DNA of 64,000 bases from Jatrophihabitantaceae bacterium (lineage in GTDB: Bacteria > Actinomycetota > Actinomycetes > Mycobacteriales > Jatrophihabitantaceae), in the NCBI GenBank assembly GCA_036502695.1, contig DASXYE010000090.1, forward strand, positions 353 to 64,352. Reading direction: 5' to 3'. Of this stretch, positions 9,872 to 18,221 are shown piece by piece. The stretch's first letter is position 1. The number at the start of each line of letters is the position of its first letter. Made by a program: the position numbers and the translations under genes. The notes under the pieces were generated by a model. The model had not been told where the DNA came from. It saw only the letters and a list, made by a program, of their open reading frames with translations, and ran no database searches.

Positions 9872-11163
9872 AGCAGCCGATCCCCCTTCAACACCTCGAG
9901 GATGAATTTCTGTGCCTTGGCCGGCGTGCCCGGTCCGACCGAACCCGGTGGGCTGAACTTCTCCTGCAGGGCGGTCGACAGATCGCCGTAGTACTGCGAC
10001 TGCGGCCGCGGGGCGGCCTGGCGCAGCGACTGCAGGATCACCGCGGCCAGGCCGTTCGGGAACGCCTTCTCGACGGCCGGGTCGGTGTACACCGTGTCGT
10101 TCGCGGCCGGGTTGCCCGAGCTGACCATGTACTCCTTCTGGTGCTCGGCGCTGGTGATGCACTTGGTGGCGGCGATCGCGGCATCCTTGTGTTTGCCGTA
10201 GCGACCGATGCCGATCTCGATGCCACCGAAGGGCGGCTTGGACGCCTGGCCCGCCTCGGTCTGCGGATACAAGGTGAAGCCCACGTCCGAGTCCCGGAAC
10301 GAGACCTTGTCGCCGCCCGGTCCCATGGCCGCCCACACGTAGGGCCAGTTGACCAGGAACGCGCTCGTGCCCGGCTTCTCGAACACCGCCAGCGCGCCGG
10401 CCTCGTCATTGCTCGACAGGGACGGACCGCCGACGCCGTCGCTCACGACCGAGCGGATGATCTGGGCCGCGTCCGTGCCGGCCTGCGAGTCGAGGCCCAG
10501 CTTCAGGTCCTTGGCAACGGCTCCGGGGTTGTCGACGATCTTTCCGCCGGCGCCGGCGACGAGCGCGTTGATCCAGACCGTGTAGCCCTCGTAGAGCTTG
10601 GCCTGCACGCCGACCGTCTTGTGCGCCTTCTGCGCCGCGTCGATGATCTGCGCCCAGGTGACCGGCTTGCTCATGTCCAGCCCGGCCTGCTGAGCGATCG
10701 ACTTGCGGTACCAGAGCAGTTGGGTGTTGGCCCAGAAGGGCGCGGTCACCAGCTTGCCCTTCCAGGTCGAGGCCTGCACCGCCGGCGGCACGATGTCCTT
10801 GGTGAACGCGGCAACGTCGCTGTCCGGGATCGGGGCGAGGAAGCCGGCCTCGGCGAACTCGGCGACGAACACCGGGTCGAGGCTCATCAGGTCGATCGAG
10901 TCGTCCTTGGCCGCCAACCGGGTCACCAGCTGTTGACGCTGCTGGCTGGCGTCGGTCGGCAGGATGCTGGTGCTGATGTTGTACGCACCGTTCGACGCGG
11001 TGGAGCACTCCTTGGCCAGGGTGGTCTGCGCGCCGTTGTCCGGATTGATGTACCACGTGAGATGGGCGGCACCACCGCCTCCGCCACTGCTGCACGCAGC
11101 GAGCAAACTCGCGGCCAGGGTTGCCGTGACCGCCGCTGCGGCCGTCCGGAACGGGACCCTCAT
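9868..11163 (-). CDS. lpqY: lipoprotein sugar-binding protein, LpqY-like (trehalose-type importer)
   Basis: ATG at 11163 after GAGGAGG. Lipobox LLAAC. The blocks DPVFVAEFAEAGFL, ANTQLLWYRK and VNWPYVW parallel mycobacterial LpqY. Confidence 0.8.
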   Translation of the reverse strand: MRVPFRTAAAAVTATLAASLLAACSSGGGGGAAHLTWYINPDNGAQTTLAKECSTASNGAYNISTSILPTDASQQRQQLVTRLAAKDDSIDLMSLDPVFVAEFAEAGFLAPIPDSDVAAFTKDIVPPAVQASTWKGKLVTAPFWANTQLLWYRKSIAQQAGLDMSKPVTWAQIIDAAQKAHKTVGVQAKLYEGYTVWINALVAGAGGKIVDNPGAVAKDLKLGLDSQAGTDAAQIIRSVVSDGVGGPSLSSNDEAGALAVFEKPGTSAFLVNWPYVWAAMGPGGDKVSFRDSDVGFTLYPQTEAGQASKPPFGGIEIGIGRYGKHKDAAIAATKCITSAEHQKEYMVSSGNPAANDTVYTDPAVEKAFPNGLAAVILQSLRQAAPRPQSQYYGDLSTALQEKFSPPGSVGPGTPAKAQKFILEVLKGDRLL

Positions 11164-11346
11164 GGCGCCTCCTCGCGTCGCACCCGATTCGACGTGCGCA
11201 GGGTTCTGCAAGAAGTGCAGTCCTGCCCGGCGCCCCGCGGCCGACCGATATGTAGGCGACGGCCTTGTGAGCCACCTCACCGGACGCTATCGGCCGCGCA
11301 CACCACGCCGCAAGCGTTTGCAGACGGCGTGGCGTGACCTAGTTGC

Positions 11347-12249
11347 TCAGCCCTTGACTCCGCCGGCCGTCAATCCCGAGACGATCCGACGCTGGAACAA
11401 CAGCACCACGATGACCAGCGGGATCGTCACGACCACGCCGGCCGCCATGATCGACGTGTACGGGACCACCTTGGGGTCCGACCCGGTGAAGCTCGCGATC
11501 GCGACCGTCACCGGCGCGACGTTCGGGTTGTTGTTCGACAGCTGACTGGCCAGCAGGTACTCGTTCCACACCGACAAGAACACGAGGATCGCTGCCGTGA
11601 ACAGACCCGGTGCCGCGATGGGCAGGATCACCATGCGGAACGCCTGCCCGGGTGAGGCGCCGTCGACCTTGGCCGCCTGCTCGAGCTCCCACGGCATCTG
11701 ACTGAAGAAGCTGGACAGCACGTACACGCACAACGGCAACGCGAACGCCAGGTTGGGAATGATCAACGCCTGGTAGGTGCCCAGCCAGCCGGCGTTGGTG
11801 AAGAACTGGAACAGCGGCGTCACCAGGGCGACGCCCGGGAACATGCTGGCCGCCAGGATCAAGCCCAGCACCGCGAACTTGCCTCGGAAGTGCAGCCGGG
11901 CGATGGCGTACGCGCAGAAGACGCCCACGACCATCGCGATGGCGGTGACGACCGCCCCGATCAGGATGGTGTTGAGCAGCGCCCGGCCGAAGTGGTTGTT
12001 GCCCTTGAAGATCGCCCGGAAGTTGTCGAACGTGACGTGCTTCGGCCAGGGCGTCGAATCGTAGGTGAAGTCGACCTGACGCAGCGAGGCCACGAGCATC
12101 CAGTACGCCGGCGCCAGGCACCACAGCACGATCAGCAGGATGCCCAGGCCCCGGCCGAGCGCGCGCCCGTCGACGGAACGCCGCCGGCGGCGCACGACGG
12201 CCGGGTGGGCCGGCTGTGCGGCCGCTGACTCGGTGGCCACGGCGGTCAT
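11347..12249 (-). CDS. carbohydrate ABC transporter permease (second operon, subunit 2)
   Basis: The ATG at 12249 overlaps the upstream stop (ATGA). EAA loop EQAAKVDGASPGQAFRMVILPIAAPG. Confidence 0.88.
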   Translation of the reverse strand: MTAVATESAAAQPAHPAVVRRRRRSVDGRALGRGLGILLIVLWCLAPAYWMLVASLRQVDFTYDSTPWPKHVTFDNFRAIFKGNNHFGRALLNTILIGAVVTAIAMVVGVFCAYAIARLHFRGKFAVLGLILAASMFPGVALVTPLFQFFTNAGWLGTYQALIIPNLAFALPLCVYVLSSFFSQMPWELEQAAKVDGASPGQAFRMVILPIAAPGLFTAAILVFLSVWNEYLLASQLSNNNPNVAPVTVAIASFTGSDPKVVPYTSIMAAGVVVTIPLVIVVLLFQRRIVSGLTAGGVKG

Positions 12250-13253
12250 GCCTTCACCGTCCTCGCCTGGGTCTGCACGACGTTCACGCTGAAGAGGCGG
12301 ACCAGGATGAACGCCACCACGAAGATGAACAGGAACGTGATCGTCGAGAGCGCCGCGGCCGCGTTCTGGCTGGACCGCAGCTCGTTCACCACGAGGATGG
12401 ACAGCGTGGTCGTGTTGTTGCTGCCACCGGTGAGCAGTGCGGGCAGGTCGTAAATCCGCAGCACGTCCAGGATGCGGAACAGCGCCGCGACCATCAGCGC
12501 TGGTTTGACCAGCGGCAGCGTGAGGCTGAAGAACCGCTGCCGCGCGCTGGCACCGTCGACCTTCGCCGACTCGTACAGCTCGTCCGGGATGACCTGCAGC
12601 CCGGCCAGCACGAGCAGGGCGATGAACGGCGTGGTCTTCCAGACGTCGGCGATGATCACCGCCCACCTGGCCGGCCACTCGCTACCCGTCCAGATGATGT
12701 GCGTACCGAACAGGGAGTTGATGACCCCGTGCGGCTGGAACATGTACTTCCACATCAGCGCGGTGACCGCCGTCGGGATGGCCCACGGCACGAGGATCGC
12801 GGCGCGGACCAGCGAACGGCCGCGGAAGGCGCGGTGCATGACCAGCGCCATCATGGTGCCGAGCACGATCTCGAACGCCACGGTGATGACGGTGAAGATG
12901 ATCGTGGTCTGCACGGCCGGCCAGAACTCGTGTCCGGGTAGGCCGTTCGCGCAGTGGCAGTTGTACCAATAGCCGTAGTACTTGCCGCCGATGTACTTAC
13001 CGCCGGACTCGAAGAAGCCGGTGCTCGGGTTGATCCCGGCGTCGGCCTTGTCGAGCTTGAGTGACTGCACGATCGCGTACACGACCGGATAGCCGATCAC
13101 CACACCGAGCAAGAGGATCGTCGGCACGATCAGCCGGAACGCCAACCGCGAATCGCCGCGGCTGGCTCTAGCTCGCCGACGTCGGCGAGCGCGCGGATCG
13201 CCGGGGCCGGCTTTACGTCCCTGCTCGGCGACCTCGCCGGTGGCTGCGGTCAC
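12246..13253 (-). CDS. carbohydrate ABC transporter permease (second operon, subunit 1)
   Basis: GTG at 13253 after GGGAGAAG. EAA loop YESAKVDGASARQRFFSLTLPLVKP. Confidence 0.88.
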   Translation of the reverse strand: MTAATGEVAEQGRKAGPGDPRARRRRRARASRGDSRLAFRLIVPTILLLGVVIGYPVVYAIVQSLKLDKADAGINPSTGFFESGGKYIGGKYYGYWYNCHCANGLPGHEFWPAVQTTIIFTVITVAFEIVLGTMMALVMHRAFRGRSLVRAAILVPWAIPTAVTALMWKYMFQPHGVINSLFGTHIIWTGSEWPARWAVIIADVWKTTPFIALLVLAGLQVIPDELYESAKVDGASARQRFFSLTLPLVKPALMVAALFRILDVLRIYDLPALLTGGSNNTTTLSILVVNELRSSQNAAAALSTITFLFIFVVAFILVRLFSVNVVQTQARTVKA

Positions 13254-13261
13254 TGTCTTCT

Positions 13262-13431
13262 CCCGCCTTTCGCGAATCTGCTTGTGGACCCACTCGCAAG
13301 CTCGGGGTCCAACGCAGATCCGCACCGCTCCTTCGTCGCGGGCCGCGTGACGGCAGGCTCTTCGCGCGAGCGCTCATCGACCGGTGGTTTCGTTAGCTCT
13401 GGTCGCATGCCGCTTGTGCGAGCGCTCATCG
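13262..13431. repeat. structured intergenic repeat, copy A
   Basis: About 90% identical over roughly 115 bp to 23055-23176. It carries an imperfect hairpin GCGAATCTGC...GCAGATCCGC and the box CTCTTCGCGCGAGCGCTCATCG, which is present twice here (ending at 13379 and 13431). Confidence 0.85.
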
Positions 13432-13513
13432 GCCCTCCATCTGGGATGGGGCGGACGGGTGTATATCGGGCTAGCCACGGGGTGGGCCGGTTACCCGACC
13501 CACCCCCATCGGC

Positions 13514-14809
13514 CTACTTGCCGGCAGCAGCTTCCGTGATGCCTTTCTGAATGTTCGCCAGCGCGGCATCTACCGAGAGACTGCCTTGCAGCGCTTGGTA
13601 GACGTTCGTCTCGATGGTCTGCGTGACCGCCGGGTAGAACGGCGTCACCGGCCGCGGGATCGCGGTGTCGATGCTCTTCTCGAGCGTCGGCAGGTAACCG
13701 AACTTGGCGATCAGCGCCGGGTCCGAGTACGACGACTTGAGCACCGGGGCCAGCGAACCGACGTTCAGCAGCAGGCTCTGCGCGGGAGCGCTCATGATGA
13801 ACTTGAGGAAGTCCAGCGCGGTGGCCTTGTGCTTCGAGTACTGGCTGATCGCGAAGTTGTGCCCACCCAGGGTCGAGGTACCGGGACCGTTGAGCCCGGG
13901 CAGCGGAGCCACGCCGAACTTGTCCTTGACCTTCGAGTCCTTGTCGTTCGCGAGGTGGTTGTAGACGTAGGGCCAGTTACGCAGGAAGAGCGCCTTGCCG
14001 CTCTGGAACGCGTTGCGGCTGTCCTCTTCCTGGTAGGTGATCGCTTCCTTGGAGATGTAGCCCTGCTTGAAGCCGTTCACCAGGAAGTCCAGGCCCTGCT
14101 TGGCCTGGTCCGTCTCGACGTCCGGCGTCTTGCCGTCGGCCTTCACGATCTCGCCGCCGGCCGAGTTGATTGCCTCGGAGGCGTTGCACGTCAAGCCCTC
14201 GTACTTGGCGAACTGCCCGGCGTAGCAGGCCATACCGGCCGTCTTCTTCGCGCAGTCCGCGATGAGATCGGCGTACGTCGTGGGTGCCGTCGGCACGAGA
14301 TCCTTGCGGTAGTAGAGCAGGCCTCCGTCGGACGTCTCCGGCGCGGCGTACAGCGTGCCGTTGTAGGTCGCAGCCTTGACCGGGCCGGCGAGCAGCCCGT
14401 CGGTGTTGATCGCGAAGTCGCCCTTGAGCGGCACCAGCCACTGCTTGGCGGCGAACTCGGCCGTCCAGATCACGTCGACCGAGACCACGTCGTAGCTGGG
14501 GTCCTTGGCCTGGAAGTGCTGCACCAGGTCGTCGTGCTGCTGGTCGGCCTGATCCGTCTGCTGCTTCATCGTGACCTTTTCGGTCGGATGGTCCTTGTTC
14601 CAGAGCTGGGCCAGACCCGGCAGGATGCCGCTGGTGTCCTTGCCCTGAACCATGGTGATCGGGCCGCGGTCGCCGGCGCCTCCGCCGCTGCTACCTCCGC
14701 CCCCGTTGTCGTTCTTCTTCTTGCTCGAGCTACAACCGGCGGCCACTGCAACGGTCAAGATGACCGCGACGGCGCCTGCCGCGCCTCTGGCGAGTCTGCG
14801 GTACTGCAT
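13514..14809 (-). CDS. lipoprotein sugar-binding protein (LpqY paralogue, second operon)
   Basis: ATG at 14809 after AGGAGAAGG. Lipobox VAAGC followed by a G/S linker. It shares DVIWTAEFAA, LLYYRKDL and RNWPYVY blocks with the SBP at 9868-11163. Confidence 0.9.
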   Translation of the reverse strand: MQYRRLARGAAGAVAVILTVAVAAGCSSSKKKNDNGGGGSSGGGAGDRGPITMVQGKDTSGILPGLAQLWNKDHPTEKVTMKQQTDQADQQHDDLVQHFQAKDPSYDVVSVDVIWTAEFAAKQWLVPLKGDFAINTDGLLAGPVKAATYNGTLYAAPETSDGGLLYYRKDLVPTAPTTYADLIADCAKKTAGMACYAGQFAKYEGLTCNASEAINSAGGEIVKADGKTPDVETDQAKQGLDFLVNGFKQGYISKEAITYQEEDSRNAFQSGKALFLRNWPYVYNHLANDKDSKVKDKFGVAPLPGLNGPGTSTLGGHNFAISQYSKHKATALDFLKFIMSAPAQSLLLNVGSLAPVLKSSYSDPALIAKFGYLPTLEKSIDTAIPRPVTPFYPAVTQTIETNVYQALQGSLSVDAALANIQKGITEAAAGK

Positions 14810-15329
14810 CCGGATGCCCTTCTCCTGGCGGACCGGCTGACGGCCGATACCGCTTACATAGGCAAGCACCTTGGCATTCGCGGACCCGTCCGGGAAGCAC
14901 CCGCGTTCGGCGCGATACCCAACCGTTACCGAAGTCCGGCCGAAGGCGAAACAGCTGGCCGGTAGCTTGCCGCGGTTCTGGGCGGATGCGGTCGCCTTGC
15001 TGGCGATGGCGGGCCGTCGACTACGGGCGGAGCGGTTGCCGACACCGATCGCTCGGCAGAATGCGAGGTTTACCAGTGTTCGAGAGAATCGTCGGCGCCT
15101 CGCAGACCTTCTTTGCCGCAAGGCCTTTCTGACGACCGACTTCAGCTGATCATCTGGGCGTAAGCGCGTGACGTGACTTACCGAAAGGCTTGTCAACGGG
15201 TCCGGGGAAACGATGCCGTCGATGCCCGGAATCACCCAACGGCCCGGATCCGGTCAGCACCGAACACGTCCGGCGATGGTCGCCGGCTGGCGCGCGGAGG
15301 GGAATCGCGCGGGTGGCTACGCTCGCGGC

Positions 15330-15761
15330 GTGACCCGTGCGCCGCTGACCCGGCGTGTCCCGCCGTGGCAGCCGGCCCTGCTGTTCCTGATCGCGGCGGG
15401 GTGCGCGGCCGCCAACCTGTACGCCCACCCGTCCGTGGCGGTGCGCGTCGCGACGATCGTGCTCGCCGTGGTGAGCGTGGTCATGGCCGTGCCGGCCGTC
15501 CGCATGTACCTCGTGGTCGACGACGAGGGCATCGGCGTGCGCCGGATCGGGCGCGAGCGGTCGGTCGACTGGGACGATTTCGACCGGGTCGAGGTCGTGC
15601 AACGGGGCTTCGACTCGGTGACGCTACGCATCACCTGCCGGGACGGCCGCTACCTGGACGTGCCGCAGTCGCTGGTCATGCCGAGCAAGCCGACCGGCAA
15701 GATCCGCGTACACGCCCAGCTCGGCGACCTGGCCCGCCAAATCGAGGCGCTCCGTCCCTAA
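15330..15761 (+). CDS. membrane-anchored bacterial PH-domain protein (hypothetical)
   Basis: Two TM helices, then VVDDEGIGVRRIGRERSVDWDDFDRVEVV...LRITCRDGRYLDVP, which resembles bacterial PH (bPH) folds. The start is uncertain (GTG 15330, ATG 15276 or ATG 15213). Confidence 0.55.
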   Translation: MTRAPLTRRVPPWQPALLFLIAAGCAAANLYAHPSVAVRVATIVLAVVSVVMAVPAVRMYLVVDDEGIGVRRIGRERSVDWDDFDRVEVVQRGFDSVTLRITCRDGRYLDVPQSLVMPSKPTGKIRVHAQLGDLARQIEALRP

Positions 15762-15891
15762 CCCGCCCAGCGCGGATCTCCATCTCCACCCACTCGCTGC
15801 GCTCGGGGTGAATCTGGATCTCCGCACGCGCCTTCGGCGCGACCGCGTCGCGGCGGCGGGCTCTTCGCGCGAGCGCTCATCGCGTCGTGGT
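15762..15891. repeat. structured intergenic repeat, diverged copy C
   Basis: Same block order and orientation as copies A and B: CCCGCC..GCGGATCTCC hairpin ..GGATCTCCGC, then GACCGCGTCGCGGCGGCGGGCTCTTCGCGCGAGCGCTCATCGCG. Confidence 0.75.
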
Positions 15892-15918
15892 TGCGTCGCG
15901 GTGGTCGCCCTGCGCCCG

Positions 15919-17886
15919 TTATTCGGCGCCGGGCGTCGTCTTGGCGATCTGCATTAGGAACTCGACGTTGGTGCGCGTCTTGCGCAGCCGGTCGAGCAGC
16001 AAGTCGATCGCCTGCTGTGACTCGAGCGCGTGCAGCACCCGGCGCAGCTTGACGGTGACGGCCAGCTCGTCCGGCGAGAGCAGCAGCTCTTCCTTGCGGG
16101 TGCCGGACGGGTCGACGTCGATGGCCGGGAAGACGCGCTTGTCGGCGATCTCGCGCTTGAGGCGCAGCTCGGCGTTGCCCGTGCCCTTGAACTCCTCGTA
16201 GATGACGGTGTCGCCGGCCGACCCGGTCTCGACCAGCGCCGTGGCGATGATCGTCAGCGAACCGCCGTTCTCGATGTTGCGGGCCGCGCCGAGGAACCGC
16301 TTCGGCGGGTACAGCGCGGTCGAGTCGACACCACCGGACAGGATGCGCCCGCTGGCCGGGGCGGCCAGGTTGTAGGCGCGGCCCAGGCGGGTGATCGAGT
16401 CGAGCAGCACGACGACGTCGTGGCCCAGCTCGACCAGGCGCTTGGCCCGCTCGGTGGCCAGCTCGGCGACCATGGTGTGGTCCTGGGGGCGGCGGTCGAA
16501 CGTCGAGGCGATGACCTCGCCCTTCACCGACCGCTGCATGTCGGTGACCTCTTCCGGGCGCTCGTCGACGAGCACCACCATGAGGTGTACCTCGGGGTTG
16601 TTGGTCGCGATCGCGTTGGCGATCGACTGCAGCACCATCGTCTTGCCGGCCTTGGGCGGCGACACGATCAGCGCGCGCTGGCCCTTGCCGATCGGCATGA
16701 CCAGGTCGATGACGCGGGTGGTCAGGATGTGCGGCTCGGTCTCCAGCCGCAACCGCTCCTGCGGGTACAGCGGAGTGAGCTTGCTGAAGTCGACGCGGTT
16801 CTTCGACTCTTCCGGGTCACGGCCGTTGACCGTGTCCAGGCGCACGAGCGGGTTGAACTTCTCCCGGCGCTCGCCCTCGCGGGGCTGGCGGATCGCGCCG
16901 GTGACGGCGTCCCCGCGGCGCAGCCCGTGGCGGCGCACGAACGAGTTCGCGACGTAGATGTCATCCGATCCGGCGTAGTAACCGCTGGTACGGATGAACC
17001 AGGTGTTCTTCTCCTCGATGGCGTCGAGGATGCCGGCGACGGGCAGCAGCACGTCGTCCTCGGACACGGTGGGCTCGACCTCGTTGCCGCCGCCGCCCGG
17101 CTGGCCCGGAGCGCGATCGCGGGTGCGGCCGCGACGGTCGCGGTAGCGCCGCCCCCGGCGCCGGCCGCCGTCAAAGTCGTCGTCGTCGCGATCGTTCTGC
17201 CGGTCGTTTGGCCGATCGCTCTGGCGGTCGTTCTGCCGGTCGTTCTGCGGCCGGTCGTTCTGCGGCCGGTCGTTCCGCCGGTCGTTCTGGCGGTTCTGGC
17301 CGCCGCTGTCGGGCTGGTTCTGGTCGTTCTGGTTCTGACCGCCCTGGTTGCGGCGCTGGCCGTTCTGGTTCTGGCGGTCGTTGCGCTCGCCGCGCTCACC
17401 CTGGCCGCGACGCTCGGTCGGGGCATCGGTGGCCGCGTCGGTAGCCGCAGCCGGCGCGTCGGAGGCGGCCGCAGCCGGGACGTCCGCGGACTCAGCCGCC
17501 GGACTGCCGGCCGCGCGGCTGGCGCTGCGCCGTTCGCGACGCTGGGTGGCCGGCGCGGTTGCGGTCTCGGCCGGTGCGTCGGCCAGCGTGGGCTGCGCGT
17601 CGGCGGACCCGCCGGCGCGAGCCTGCTGGATGGCAGCCACCAGCTCGCTCTTGCGCAGCTTGCCGGTGGCGATGCCGAGGGTGCCCGCCAGCTGCTGCAA
17701 CTCGGGCAGCAGCATGGACGAGAGCGAACCGCCGCGCCGCTTGGCGGGCGCACGGTCGGTGGTGCCGTTGGTGGGGGCAGCGCTCTGCTGATCGCTCGAG
17801 GGCGCCGAATCGACCGGGCTCGTGGCCGCGGCGGGCGCGCTGTCGGCGCTCACAGAAAGCAGGGTCTGCTCCGAAGTGTCTGTCAC
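15919..17886 (-). CDS. rho: transcription termination factor Rho with a long low-complexity N-terminal insertion
   Basis: C-terminal RecA-type ATPase (PPKAGKT, VVLLDSITRLGRAYN) and a cold-shock-like RNA-binding domain. About 200 aa of A/P-rich then N/Q/R/D-rich insert lies between the N-terminal helix bundle and the CSD. Confidence 0.95.
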   Translation of the reverse strand: MTDTSEQTLLSVSADSAPAAATSPVDSAPSSDQQSAAPTNGTTDRAPAKRRGGSLSSMLLPELQQLAGTLGIATGKLRKSELVAAIQQARAGGSADAQPTLADAPAETATAPATQRRERRSASRAAGSPAAESADVPAAAASDAPAAATDAATDAPTERRGQGERGERNDRQNQNGQRRNQGGQNQNDQNQPDSGGQNRQNDRRNDRPQNDRPQNDRQNDRQSDRPNDRQNDRDDDDFDGGRRRGRRYRDRRGRTRDRAPGQPGGGGNEVEPTVSEDDVLLPVAGILDAIEEKNTWFIRTSGYYAGSDDIYVANSFVRRHGLRRGDAVTGAIRQPREGERREKFNPLVRLDTVNGRDPEESKNRVDFSKLTPLYPQERLRLETEPHILTTRVIDLVMPIGKGQRALIVSPPKAGKTMVLQSIANAIATNNPEVHLMVVLVDERPEEVTDMQRSVKGEVIASTFDRRPQDHTMVAELATERAKRLVELGHDVVVLLDSITRLGRAYNLAAPASGRILSGGVDSTALYPPKRFLGAARNIENGGSLTIIATALVETGSAGDTVIYEEFKGTGNAELRLKREIADKRVFPAIDVDPSGTRKEELLLSPDELAVTVKLRRVLHALESQQAIDLLLDRLRKTRTNVEFLMQIAKTTPGAE

Positions 17887-18221
17887 AGTGATCTCGGATC
17901 CTTCCGAAGGTGGCCCGCGCGCGTAAATCGCGCCGGGCCTGCCATGACCCGACCATGCTCTGGTCAGGTCGTTTCCCGGGCAGGCAGCGCCGGGATGTTC
18001 TTGATTGGGTCAGCCGCCGTGCGGGTAGGCAGCGGTACGACGCAGAAAGACTTCAGTCCGAGATCTCAATGAAACGGCGGAGCCGATCGCCGCTGCCTCG
18101 AGGGCGGGCGAAGTCGCTGCGTCGCGACTGACGCTCATGAGCGTAGACGCTCCCATCACCATGGGCAACACAGGGGGCCCTGTGGATGTTCCGTGTCGCG
18201 GCCGGTCACATCAGCGCGTTC

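Noticed and set aside
14810-15212. The 400-nt region upstream of the second sugar-binding gene as a riboswitch or small gene (ORF 14871-15149 +, 92 aa).
   Set aside because: I could not recognise any known riboswitch core or a convincing conserved hairpin set. The ORF is basic and low-complexity with poor codon bias. It is left as an unusually long leader within the ABC finding.
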